Origin: a virus | Lineage: Duplodnaviria > Caudoviricetes | Length of the DNA stretch: 30,569 nucleotides | Direction: 5' to 3' (one strand) | Virus record (IMG/VR): IMGVR_UViG_3300028599_000016 | Span: 1-30,569 of that record | Shown here: piece after piece, positions 9,562 to 18,460 of the stretch | Layout: each line of letters opens with the position of its first letter | How positions within the stretch are numbered: the stretch's first letter is position 1 | The notes under the pieces: generated by a model | Told to the model about the DNA's origin: nothing | The model's database searches: none | What the model saw: the letters and a program-made list of their open reading frames with translations, nothing else | Program-made: the position numbers and the translations under genes

Positions 9562-10490
9562 TATAATGCAGTCCAGCCGAATGTCCAATTCATAAGCATA
9601 CTGTATGAAGCTGTTTTAGGTATGGCCAATCCACCTGGATTAGATGTAAACTCTGTTTGAAATTGTCCAGCTGTAGTTGTAATAAGTATACTTCTAATAT
9701 CTTGATTCCAACCTGCAGAAGCTGCTGAACAGTTTACTTGAATTTCATAAGAGTTATCTAAATAACTAGAGTTGTATTGGCTATCATTACCACAGTCTAT
9801 ACCTGTACCATTTGGCCCAAGTAGTACAGTACCAATAGTACCACTATAAGATTTCCAACCACCACGACCAGTAACAACACCCATCTTAGTGCCAATATTA
9901 AAAGACTGCAAACTGCTAGTCACATTAGCTGCTCTAGTCTTAGTATCATATGTTACACCATCTAAAACTACTTGTGGACCATCTACATCTACTGTAGGAG
10001 CATAGTATCTTAGTTCATACGTTATATCTAAGAACTCATCTGATAATGGTGTAATAACCGTAGGTGTCTCTAAAATTGGATCAATTATTAAAGCTCTAGA
10101 TATTAATGTACTACCAGACAAACCCCAACCAACGCCAGCTTCTTTTAAGTTCTCTCCACCAATTAACCCTGGATTAAATCTAAATCTCTTACGCTTCCAG
10201 CCATAGTAAGGAGGTGTTCCTTCTTGTCCATTTGTTGTTTCTTCTATTTGTGCAGTACCTTCAATGTGTCCTAGCAGACTTGTATCATTAACAGTAGGAG
10301 CAGTATTATCTGTGCCTACTTGACAGTGCGTCATAAAATCAAAGTCTGCCATAGCATTACGACCAGCTACCAAAATCAAATTTGGGAAAAAGCCTGTATC
10401 TTGAGTTATTTCGCCGCTGTGTATATTAACAGTCTGAAAGCGTAGAAAGCCCTTAATACCAATATTACAATGTATGTCTATTCGATTCAT
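9561..10490 (-). CDS. Putative tail fibre/structural protein A
   Basis: 309 aa with FPNLIL..G, VGT.NTAPT..DT.L, LKEAGVG and LDITYEL motifs of tail-fibre N-terminal-type domains. Confidence 0.6.
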   Translation of the reverse strand: MNRIDIHCNIGIKGFLRFQTVNIHSGEITQDTGFFPNLILVAGRNAMADFDFMTHCQVGTDNTAPTVNDTSLLGHIEGTAQIEETTNGQEGTPPYYGWKRKRFRFNPGLIGGENLKEAGVGWGLSGSTLISRALIIDPILETPTVITPLSDEFLDITYELRYYAPTVDVDGPQVVLDGVTYDTKTRAANVTSSLQSFNIGTKMGVVTGRGGWKSYSGTIGTVLLGPNGTGIDCGNDSQYNSSYLDNSYEIQVNCSAASAGWNQDIRSILITTTAGQFQTEFTSNPGGLAIPKTASYSMLMNWTFGWTAL

Positions 10491-11464
10491 GGCGTACCTC
10501 TTACAGAGATGATACGCATGTTGAATTTAAACTCATGGGTGTCTGTTTTCGACAATGGAGTACCGTCAGAAACCTTAGTGAAGTAGGTGAACATACCGTA
10601 GTCAATGATTGGTGAGTAGATATAGTTTATGTCCCTCGGACCCCAATCAACGTCAGCTGTCCATCGCGTTTCTTGCCAGTAATCACCACCAAGAACCCCA
10701 CCATAAAAATATGCACCGCTGATTCCTCCCATCTCGATAGCGGTGGCGTCCTTGGCTTCCAATATTGTTGGCGCACGGCTGGCAGTACCAGCGTAAGACT
10801 GATTGCCTTCGCCGTTCAGTCTTAGAACTGTTGTATGTCCTGCTGAGGAATTTTGCACTAAAAACATACCTACTTCGTAGTCATAATCCTCCCCGCTGAT
10901 ATCCATGACACCGAAATTAGAGGTTACAGGAAGTTGGAATGTGAGCTTGTGGTCTATGGTCAACTCGTCAAACGGCCCCTTAACTATTGGTGCTGGCATT
11001 ACCTGTCTCAGTCCGGCACCTAAAGTCCCATTTGAACCAGTGTAAGCTCCACATATAACAAACTCATTGATCGTTCCTTCTCCAGAGGCGGGACTCCAGA
11101 CATAAGACATAATACTTACTTTTTCATAATTTGGTGTGCCAAGGTTTGTTCTTGCTCCGACTATTTGACTGGTATTCGAGCCTAAAACAGTTCCCTGTAT
11201 GCCTGTCATTGTCTGAACCGTTGGTGTAGCACTGGTTCCAACGTAAGCGGTTGACAGTGGGGTGATAAAGCTGCCGTTATAGTAACCAGTAAAATGTGCT
11301 ATGCCTTGATCTAAGATCATGTTAGGCCGCCAACCAGTTGTATATTTAATACGACCATCTGGCCCACGCAAAGTAGCGCGAAACTCGCCTTTGTGTCCGA
11401 CCTTAAGAGAAGGAACTCCATCTCTGATATGAAGCTCTTTATATTTAGGAATCCAAATGTCCAT
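10487..11464 (-). CDS. Putative tail fibre/structural protein B, paralogue of 9561-10490
   Basis: Start likely ATG 11464 (TAATG coupling). Carries TGWRPNMILDQG, VGTSATPT and ELTIDHKL motifs in the same order as its neighbour. Confidence 0.6.
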   Translation of the reverse strand: MDIWIPKYKELHIRDGVPSLKVGHKGEFRATLRGPDGRIKYTTGWRPNMILDQGIAHFTGYYNGSFITPLSTAYVGTSATPTVQTMTGIQGTVLGSNTSQIVGARTNLGTPNYEKVSIMSYVWSPASGEGTINEFVICGAYTGSNGTLGAGLRQVMPAPIVKGPFDELTIDHKLTFQLPVTSNFGVMDISGEDYDYEVGMFLVQNSSAGHTTVLRLNGEGNQSYAGTASRAPTILEAKDATAIEMGGISGAYFYGGVLGGDYWQETRWTADVDWGPRDINYIYSPIIDYGMFTYFTKVSDGTPLSKTDTHEFKFNMRIISVRGTP

Positions 11465-11892
11465 TAAATTAAATCCATTGTGCATGTATCATTAATTGTG
11501 ATTGATATTTGTAGTGACTCATCTGGTGTATCACCTTCGACTAACAGATATCTGTTACTACCACTTACTGGTCCAATAGCTGCAGTATTAAAGTCTTCAC
11601 CAGCATCATCAAACAAATACCAACGCTTCTGTATGTATGAAGCACTTACTGGTCCAATAGCTGCAGTATTAAAGTCTTCACCAGCATCATCAAACAAATA
11701 CCAACGCTTCTGTATGTATGAAGCACTTACTGGTCCAATAGCTGCAGTATTAAAGTCTCCCCAGATTTCTCCCATCTGTCCACCTGATACAGTGGCTGAA
11801 AAGACTAAGCCATCTGATACATCTACCGGATACAATGTTGTAGTTAAGACGATGGTTTCTTCATCGCTAAACCACATGTAAATCGCTGCCAT
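11464..11892 (-). CDS. Hypothetical structural protein with an internal 27-aa repeat
   Basis: 142 aa. DFNTAAIGPVSASYIQKRWYLFDDAGE is repeated. Confidence 0.65.
   Translation of the reverse strand: MAAIYMWFSDEETIVLTTTLYPVDVSDGLVFSATVSGGQMGEIWGDFNTAAIGPVSASYIQKRWYLFDDAGEDFNTAAIGPVSASYIQKRWYLFDDAGEDFNTAAIGPVSGSNRYLLVEGDTPDESLQISITINDTCTMDLI
11562..11758. repeat. Perfect 81-bp tandem repeat, about 2.4 copies
   Basis: CACTTACTGGTCCAATAGCTGCAG... starts at 11562, 11643 and 11724 with identical sequence. Confidence 0.95.
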
Positions 11893-12920
11893 TACTGTGG
11901 TACCTTAATACCTGTAACTGATACTTTAAGTCCAGTACCTTCTGTTATCGTCCCTATTTGATTTATCCATACTTTAAACTGTGCATCGTCTGGTACACTA
12001 GTTATAGAAAACACAGGAGTTACTACTGAACCCACTGATGTATCCATGCCATCATCAATCTGTATTTTAGTAGTAAATATACTAGTTCCATTCATTGTAA
12101 TATCTACAATCAATGGCTGACCTTCAACAACTGTTGTTAAGTTAATACGAACGTAAGCTAATGTAAGTGGAAAAGAAGCTCTGAACGTAGTTGCTGGTAG
12201 TGATGCACTAACTTCAAGTGGTTTATACTCACTTGATGCAGATGCCACAATTGTATCATAATAGAGTGGTTCTGGTATATTAGCTATACAACCAGCTACA
12301 AAAGAGTATTCCCAAGTCAATGGTGACCATATAAAGTCAAATCTACCATTGTTGGTATTAATCAGTGCGTCTTCGTCAAGACTATCAATTGTCTTGCCAT
12401 TACGCACAATAGAGATGTTATTGAGTCCTGCGTTGTTACCACAGTCCCAAACACCTACATAATCATCTTCTTCAGGGTTAGGAGGTAAAGTAATAGTAAT
12501 TGGACCAACATCAGAGTCAGCTAATACAACCTCGTGAGGATATTGTATTGTATAGTCTACATCAGTATATGTGTAAACTACATCACCACTACCACCACTA
12601 CCACCACCACCTGAAACTCTGATGTACCGTCCAGGTTTGCTAACATGAATAGAGTTAGGTAGTAAGACAAGCACATTATCAGGTACAAGCATGCTGTCTG
12701 GATCGAAGTAATATTCAATCATTGCACCTATTTGGTGCAAACCAACATGTGGGTACTTGGTATAATCAAGCGCTTTAATTACATCTACAGTCTCAAAGAT
12801 GAATATAGCCTGTATACGTTGCATATTAACAACGTTAGGGCCTCGCGTTTGCTCAACCTTGCCGAAGCCTAAATCTAAGTCTTCGTGCCCGATTAATGAT
12901 CTATAGAGTATTCTGGCCAT
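11892..12920 (-). CDS. Tail fibre/adapter protein
   Basis: N-terminal anchor shared with 12920-14686, Gly linker, a T4 gp10/gp34-like domain (D...GPITITLP..P...D.V...D......NNI.I.RNG..I) and a C-terminal beta-sandwich. Confidence 0.7.
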   Translation of the reverse strand: MARILYRSLIGHEDLDLGFGKVEQTRGPNVVNMQRIQAIFIFETVDVIKALDYTKYPHVGLHQIGAMIEYYFDPDSMLVPDNVLVLLPNSIHVSKPGRYIRVSGGGGSGGSGDVVYTYTDVDYTIQYPHEVVLADSDVGPITITLPPNPEEDDYVGVWDCGNNAGLNNISIVRNGKTIDSLDEDALINTNNGRFDFIWSPLTWEYSFVAGCIANIPEPLYYDTIVASASSEYKPLEVSASLPATTFRASFPLTLAYVRINLTTVVEGQPLIVDITMNGTSIFTTKIQIDDGMDTSVGSVVTPVFSITSVPDDAQFKVWINQIGTITEGTGLKVSVTGIKVPQ

Positions 12921-14686
12921 TATGCTGGTGTATGTACTGTTGCGCCAGTGGAATCAACCCAAATACCATTAAGACCAAGTCCACCTACATACAGTGGTTT
13001 ACCTAATGTTTCATCCCAAACCATAAGACCAATTTGTTTATAAGGCATTATATTAACAGGATCACCTTCTGCTAAGAAATTAACACTAGCAGTTGTCATT
13101 ACACCATCTATAAACCACCAATCGTATTTGAAATTACCTTGTGTTGGTATTGTACTAAAGATATTATCATCTAATCTTACCATTCTGGCTTCAGTGAATG
13201 AAATACCAATATCGGCTTTAATATAGTTATTCGAAAAGATGGTATTCTGAATAGCGTATACAGTTAATGGTGGAGCTGATTGAATAGCATAGTCTAAAGC
13301 TGTAATTTGATTATCTGCAATATTTGAATTAGTTAATTCAGATACATATATACCAGCAACAGCAGCAGGACAATTTATAGTATTATTTGTAATTACACAA
13401 TTACCATATATATCAATAGCTACTTTGTTATCGCCAGCACCTTGAACATCGCTTATAATGTTATTAGTAATAATAATTCTATCACCAGCTACTTGAATAG
13501 CATTACATCTAATATCTGTATTAGCAATAAAACCTTTCATTTCACAATTACGTACAATTACGGTATCACAATCTTTTGTTGTAACACTAAGTCCTATTCC
13601 TACAGTTTCTAAGTTATCACTTGTATTACCAATGCTCGCAATCTTAACATTTTCAATATCTGCAATTTCTACCTTACCTACAAAATAGTAAGCATATCTC
13701 ATGTCAGAACCTTGGAATGCTCCACCTCTAACACGTAATGTTGCAGTAATTGCATTTACATCAAGTGACTGTATACCATAAGCACAACCAACAGCACTAA
13801 AACTTACAAAGTCATAAGTTGCCGATCCTATTGGACTACCTGGAGGTGCTAAGTTAATACCACCAGACCAATTTACAATACCTATATTGCGTATACCAAC
13901 ATATTCATTTGCAAAAGTTATTTGAACACCATTATACAAATTAGAGAAGCCGTTACCTTCAATTTGAATGTGTTCAGTAATTGTAAGGTCTAAACCGTTT
14001 ACATCATAATCAAGGTCTCTAAACTCTACTATGAGATTATTCATAGCACCTGCTGTTAGTGCATTTTCAATAGCTGTTCTATCATTAGTAACATTATCAC
14101 CTACAGCACCAAAGTGGTGGACACTTAATTTAGTAGAGATGATGCGGTGCCATCTACCAGGATCTGTGCGGCCACTAGGAGTGAGCACCATGCCGCCATC
14201 ATGTGCGTCTGTGCTTAGTGGATCCCAGTAGAAAGCACCACCACCAAAGTCGCCAGCCACGTGATACCCACTGACGGCTACTTGCGCCCCGGGAGCGACA
14301 GTTTCGACAACTGTTATATCTGCGATGAGTTCTGATACTGTTGAATAACTGTAATTAGAACCACCACTACCACCTGATGTTACTCGAAGCCAACGACCTA
14401 CAGGAATAACTGGAATAGGTGCTAGAACGAGATTGCCATCATCAATAGCAGCACTAGTTGGATCATATACATAATGAATCAGTGCATTTGCATCAACATG
14501 CAATGATGCACGTGTATATCTAAGTACATCTAGGGACCTGATTTCATTAATATCTCTAAAAATGAAATCAAGCTCTATCTTTTGTTCAGAAAGGGTTACT
14601 TCACCACGAGTTTGAAGTACTTGACCAGCACCAAGTGCTAAATCTTCGTGAATAATAAGTGATCGATTAATTGTCCTAGAAGTCAT
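12920..14686 (-). CDS. Tailspike with pectate-lyase-like parallel beta-helix (putative depolymerase)
   Basis: GY...GD.GGG.F.WD..DGG..GRW.R head domain, SVHHFGAVGDNVTNDRTAI..A beta-helix start and I.NN.I repeats. Confidence 0.82.
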   Translation of the reverse strand: MTSRTINRSLIIHEDLALGAGQVLQTRGEVTLSEQKIELDFIFRDINEIRSLDVLRYTRASLHVDANALIHYVYDPTSAAIDDGNLVLAPIPVIPVGRWLRVTSGGSGGSNYSYSTVSELIADITVVETVAPGAQVAVSGYHVAGDFGGGAFYWDPLSTDAHDGGMVLTPSGRTDPGRWHRIISTKLSVHHFGAVGDNVTNDRTAIENALTAGAMNNLIVEFRDLDYDVNGLDLTITEHIQIEGNGFSNLYNGVQITFANEYVGIRNIGIVNWSGGINLAPPGSPIGSATYDFVSFSAVGCAYGIQSLDVNAITATLRVRGGAFQGSDMRYAYYFVGKVEIADIENVKIASIGNTSDNLETVGIGLSVTTKDCDTVIVRNCEMKGFIANTDIRCNAIQVAGDRIIITNNIISDVQGAGDNKVAIDIYGNCVITNNTINCPAAVAGIYVSELTNSNIADNQITALDYAIQSAPPLTVYAIQNTIFSNNYIKADIGISFTEARMVRLDDNIFSTIPTQGNFKYDWWFIDGVMTTASVNFLAEGDPVNIMPYKQIGLMVWDETLGKPLYVGGLGLNGIWVDSTGATVHTPA

Positions 14687-14690
14687 TGCA

Positions 14691-15530
14691 TTATCCCATT
14701 GGATTGTAGTGTGATTCGAACCATGGTGCGTCTACAGAATCTGTATGTGCTAGTTCTATGATTGCTTCCAGTTCACGCTCGTATAATGTGAATTCTTCTG
14801 AAGCTAATTGACGATTTTGTGCGTCTGTATCATTACGCAAGCAGATGCCACAAATATAGAACTTGAGAGCCGTATCAAAACAACTATCTAACTGCATTTC
14901 ATCGTCTATGTCATCTGGTAAAGGTGGACACTCAGTAAAGTATACTGTTAGTGACCCTTGTTCAACAATGGCTGTAACTACGCCATAAGCTGAGTCTTGT
15001 AATTCTTCAGCGAAGTCTGAATCAATTAATTCAGCAATTACGCCATAAGAAGATGGTTGAGTATATTCATCCATACCACCTACTAAACCATATTCATTCG
15101 GTACAGATGTGTACCAGACCATCATATCACCAAATGGTCTAGGATATACACCCATCTGCTTACGTTTAACTTCATCGAAAATAGCCTGCTCAAGCAAACC
15201 TTGTTCAATTGCTAAATTGAGCTCTACCGTATCTTGACGCCATTGTGAATGATAGTTTTTATCCATCCAGCCACTTGTCACAAGAGGTAAAGTCTCTTGG
15301 TTAAACGTACAATGGGATACTGTTAGTAACCCATCTGGTAGTTTGTAAATGTCTCGACCGTTTATTAACGGCACAACCACTCTGTCTTTAAACAGTCCTG
15401 ATTGTTTAGCAATATCAGCTATACCAAGACGTAAATTACGCATTAGCGTATCGTCTGAGTATCGCTCCTTTTTATGGTCATTAAGAGTGTCTCTAGCTAA
15501 GTTGAAGATCTCTTCAATGCGAGTAGCCAT
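14691..15530 (-). CDS. Putative head-tail adaptor (tail tubular A-like)
   Basis: ARDTLND...RYSD..L, Y.LP..L, VYPRP and AL..Y pattern of podoviral adaptors. Position follows the capsid genes. Confidence 0.65.
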   Translation of the reverse strand: MATRIEEIFNLARDTLNDHKKERYSDDTLMRNLRLGIADIAKQSGLFKDRVVVPLINGRDIYKLPDGLLTVSHCTFNQETLPLVTSGWMDKNYHSQWRQDTVELNLAIEQGLLEQAIFDEVKRKQMGVYPRPFGDMMVWYTSVPNEYGLVGGMDEYTQPSSYGVIAELIDSDFAEELQDSAYGVVTAIVEQGSLTVYFTECPPLPDDIDDEMQLDSCFDTALKFYICGICLRNDTDAQNRQLASEEFTLYERELEAIIELAHTDSVDAPWFESHYNPMG

Positions 15531-15736
15531 TATTTCTTCCTCTTACCATGATTAGGAGGCTTATAGTCTTTGTGAGAGCTATTGAACTTCTTGATACGCG
15601 CTTTCTGCTTCTCTCTAGCAACAGCCCTTGAAAGAGGACTAGAATACACACGTACACCAGGAATGGCCTTCTGAATCTTTTCGACCTTACGATCGTCCTT
15701 CATCCGGACCTTAGGTCTGAATTTACGCTCTTTCAT
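15530..15736 (-). CDS. Small highly basic protein
   Basis: 68 aa, K/R-rich, TAATG-coupled on both sides. Confidence 0.6.
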   Translation of the reverse strand: MKERKFRPKVRMKDDRKVEKIQKAIPGVRVYSSPLSRAVAREKQKARIKKFNSSHKDYKPPNHGKRKK

Positions 15737-15822
15737 TACCGACCTCTGTGTTTATCACGAGGCGACTTAGTTGGTTTAAGAGTTTTCTTAACTGGGACTT
15801 TCTTCTTTACTGGCTTTTTCAT
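15736..15822 (-). CDS. 28-aa basic peptide MKKPVKKKVPVKKTLKPTKSPRDKHRGR
   Basis: Below the ORF-track cutoff. GAGG RBS upstream, and its TAA overlaps the next ATG (TAATG). Confidence 0.55.
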   Translation of the reverse strand: MKKPVKKKVPVKKTLKPTKSPRDKHRGR

Positions 15823-15841
15823 TTCTTACTTCCTCATCCTT

Positions 15842-15876
15842 AAAAACCCGCCCTCTCCTAGTGGAAAGGGCAGGTG
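15842..15876 (-). terminator. Intrinsic terminator after the capsid/decoration genes
   Basis: Minus strand ACCTGCCCTTTCC-ACTA-GGAGAGGGCGGGT followed by a T-run. Confidence 0.8.
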
Positions 15877-15893
15877 ATTACTACCAGGTTACT

Positions 15894-16313
15894 TTACGCG
15901 GCTGGAACGAAGTTAGTCAATTCGCCGGTGCACTGTTCGTACTCAATGTACTCAATAGTGAACACAGCTTTACCAACTGTACTTGTACCAACTTTGGTTG
16001 CGGTGATTACCGGACCAGTCTGACGGCTAATGTCGCCATTGCCAGCCACAACAGTATCTGCTGCACTGTCAATAGCAGTAGCTGCAATCAGCTCTGCGCC
16101 TGTACCACCTTGGAAACCCACTGCGACTGTAGGTAGAGTACCATCAAAAGGAATGATAGTAACCAAAGCGCAAGCCGTGATCAAAGCATTCTTAGGAAGT
16201 ACTGCAACTTCATACGTATCAGCAGCGGCCATATTGATAGCATCCATTTCAAGAACCGTAACACTTACGTCTCTCTTCTTATGCATACCATTAGTTCTGG
16301 AAATATCAGTCAT
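15894..16313 (-). CDS. Putative capsid decoration/cement protein
   Basis: 139 aa, beta-rich (LPKNALI...IEY), strong AAGGAG RBS, lies between the MCP and the terminator. Confidence 0.65.
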   Translation of the reverse strand: MTDISRTNGMHKKRDVSVTVLEMDAINMAAADTYEVAVLPKNALITACALVTIIPFDGTLPTVAVGFQGGTGAELIAATAIDSAADTVVAGNGDISRQTGPVITATKVGTSTVGKAVFTIEYIEYEQCTGELTNFVPAA

Positions 16314-16324
16314 TTCATATCTCC

Positions 16325-17476
16325 TTATGCGCCAATCTGCAGATCAACAGTAACGACGCCATAATCCATACCAGAAACTTTGGCTGCTTTATATTCGTCG
16401 CTTTCTGCTTTCAATACAGTTTTCTGAGTCTCACACCAAACTTCCAGAGCGGACTCGGAAGTGATAGCGAAATCTTCAGAAGGTTGCCATTTATAGTCAG
16501 GATGCTTACCAAAGGCAAGCTGCAATGCGCTAGAACCGAGAATGAGTCCACGTGAATGGAGATTCGCGGATGCATAGTCAAAGCCTTCTTGACCAGTCCA
16601 AAGGGCGGTAGCCGGATCAGCACCATCATACTGACGTAAACCGGACATTTCAACTTCAGAGCTATTTAGGCCCCACCCGAGGGTAGCACCATCTGTAGCA
16701 CCGAAGAACTGCTCAGCTACGACAATAATCATAGAACCAATCTTGCCAATAACGCCCTTAATCAGTCGGTTATTGTTACCGCGTACATCAGCACGAGACA
16801 TCATTGTCTGATAACCAGCTGTGTCCTTACGGAGCAGAGCAGCCATAGCAGCATCAATAACAAACAACCAACAAGGTTCACCGTCTTGGGTCTTATAAAC
16901 ATCCAGAGGACGCCTTACACCACCAGTCGTGAAACCGTTAGAGGTTTTCAGGGTTGTTTCAATATCCGTCAATGTATCGAAAGTGAACGTTGTTCCCAAA
17001 TCGATAGTATGAGAAGGAGCTTGCTGACCCTGATTGGTAACCAAAAGTCCCTGAGCAGCATCGAAGATGGCTTGGTCTTTCCAACGAATGAAAAGGTCAG
17101 AGAGTTTTGATCGGGAATCGCTGTGTTGGCTGATCTTAAGATCGCCAATATCGACAGCGTCGAATTCATCACCATTGTCAACTACCAGACGGTAGCGTTC
17201 AACTGTGACCTTATCAGAAAACTTGCGCTTGGCCTCACCTTCACCATATGCAGTTTCTTTACCTTTCTTAGCTTTACCTGAGATATTGCCAGAATAGTCA
17301 AAAACTACGGTGTGACCTTCTTTAGCGGACGTGTTGTTGACCTGATACACAACTCCATCTTTAGTACTTCCGGTCAAAGGAGACCAGAAAGACTTAGATG
17401 CAGCTTGGATCATGCCCTCACGCATCCACCTTTGTCGCTTGAGATCTGACGACAGTGGAAGTACTGCTGTTGTCAT
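16325..17476 (-). CDS. Major capsid protein (N4-gp56/DUF4043-like)
   Basis: 383 aa with F.PLTG, G.TV.F, GEGE, R..LS and G.IG.I motifs. Follows the scaffold and has its own promoter and a GAGG RBS. Confidence 0.85.
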   Translation of the reverse strand: MTTAVLPLSSDLKRQRWMREGMIQAASKSFWSPLTGSTKDGVVYQVNNTSAKEGHTVVFDYSGNISGKAKKGKETAYGEGEAKRKFSDKVTVERYRLVVDNGDEFDAVDIGDLKISQHSDSRSKLSDLFIRWKDQAIFDAAQGLLVTNQGQQAPSHTIDLGTTFTFDTLTDIETTLKTSNGFTTGGVRRPLDVYKTQDGEPCWLFVIDAAMAALLRKDTAGYQTMMSRADVRGNNNRLIKGVIGKIGSMIIVVAEQFFGATDGATLGWGLNSSEVEMSGLRQYDGADPATALWTGQEGFDYASANLHSRGLILGSSALQLAFGKHPDYKWQPSEDFAITSESALEVWCETQKTVLKAESDEYKAAKVSGMDYGVVTVDLQIGA

Positions 17477-17600
17477 GTTAAATCCTCATTAGCATTAAAA
17501 GTAGGGTTCTGTGCTAACAAGATCGCCGGAGTACCTGCGGTATAGCGATTCTTGTTCACTATAGCTGCAGGTGACTCAGATGAGGAATACCTATTACTAC
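17477..17600 (-). promoter_or_regulatory. Structured 5' leader of the major capsid gene
   Basis: ~18-bp interrupted hairpin (17529-17577), a loop-complementary downstream segment (17516-17526) and an anti-SD (17580-17586). Confidence 0.6.
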
Positions 17601-17606
17601 AAACAT

Positions 17607-17617
17607 ATTATAACACA
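17607..17617 (-). promoter_or_regulatory. Extended -10 promoter for the capsid gene
   Basis: Minus strand TGTGTTATAAT (TGnTATAAT). Confidence 0.65.
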
Positions 17618-17642
17618 AATTGACCAATAATATTAATTATAT

Positions 17643-18344
17643 TCAGAATAAAGTCTTCTCATAAGTTTCATTAAAATCACCTTTCTGAGCTTGTGTATCT
17701 GGCTCTTGTCCACCAGCTACATCACCAAGATCTTTAGTATCGTCATCAGTACTCTCATCTGCACCTAAGATCTTCTTCTCAGCTTTAATGTAATTACCAG
17801 CCTTAGTTAGAAATGTTTCGAATGTGATTTCACCTTTCTCCAATTCTTTGAGGAAGCGAGGCGGTAAGTCATTTGCGATAACTTCATCGGTAAGGGTAAT
17901 TCCTGTCTCTTCAGAGAAGGCAGCCATCTGATCTTGCCTAATCTCGAGTTCGCCTTTGTTTGAACTCTTAGTCCTAATCTCTTCCAATTCAGTGGAGAGA
18001 TTGGTTTTAGCGGTTGTCTCATACTCATTGAGTTTTGCACGCCACGCTTCGGGGTCTGTTTTCTTGAGTTCATTGAGTTCAAACTTCTGTTCTTTAGTTA
18101 ACACAACTTCAGACTCTAGTATCTTGTCCTGAAGACCTTTTGCAATAGCCTCATTCTTCTTTGCAGTTTGTTGGGCTTTAGTAAAAGCACCTTGTGTATC
18201 TCTGACCCGACGCTCTGCAGTTACAGCAAAAGCAGTAGGCTCATCTAAATCTTTAGCTACTTCTTCTGGTAATACCCACTTGCCTGTATCGTCCTGGGTC
18301 ATCTGTCCGACTAATTCGTTTACTTTCTCTTTAAATTCGCTCAT
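17643..18344 (-). CDS. Putative capsid scaffolding protein
   Basis: Acidic coiled-coil 233 aa (RRVRDTQGAFTK..Q, LKKTDPEAW) directly upstream of the MCP. Confidence 0.7.
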   Translation of the reverse strand: MSEFKEKVNELVGQMTQDDTGKWVLPEEVAKDLDEPTAFAVTAERRVRDTQGAFTKAQQTAKKNEAIAKGLQDKILESEVVLTKEQKFELNELKKTDPEAWRAKLNEYETTAKTNLSTELEEIRTKSSNKGELEIRQDQMAAFSEETGITLTDEVIANDLPPRFLKELEKGEITFETFLTKAGNYIKAEKKILGADESTDDDTKDLGDVAGGQEPDTQAQKGDFNETYEKTLF

Positions 18345-18380
18345 TTTAGTGTCCTTGATAGTAGGGAATACGTTTCACGT

Positions 18381-18440
18381 AAAATAACATTTTACATGTC
18401 AATTATATCATTATATAATAAGCATGTAAAATGTTATTTT
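18381..18440. promoter_or_regulatory. Overlapping divergent sigma70-type promoters within a perfect 18-bp inverted repeat
   Basis: Plus strand: TTTACA(18391)-17-TATAAT(18414). Minus strand: TTTACA(18430)-17-TATAAT(18407). Arms AAAATAACATTTTACATG / CATGTAAAATGTTATTTT. Confidence 0.8.
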
Positions 18441-18460
18441 TCATCAAACGAGGTGACGTA

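Noticed and set aside
11562-11758. Possible CRISPR array
   Set aside because: Units are contiguous and identical with no unique spacers, in frame within a CDS, and no cas genes are present.
5374-14686. Diversity-generating retroelement acting on tail fibres
   Set aside because: No reverse transcriptase and no template/variable repeat pair differing at adenines was seen in the window.
15861-17181. Several short ORFs overlapping the capsid and decoration genes, or a capsid frameshift extension
   Set aside because: Antisense or alternate-frame shadows without RBS. No slippery sequence was seen before the MCP stop.
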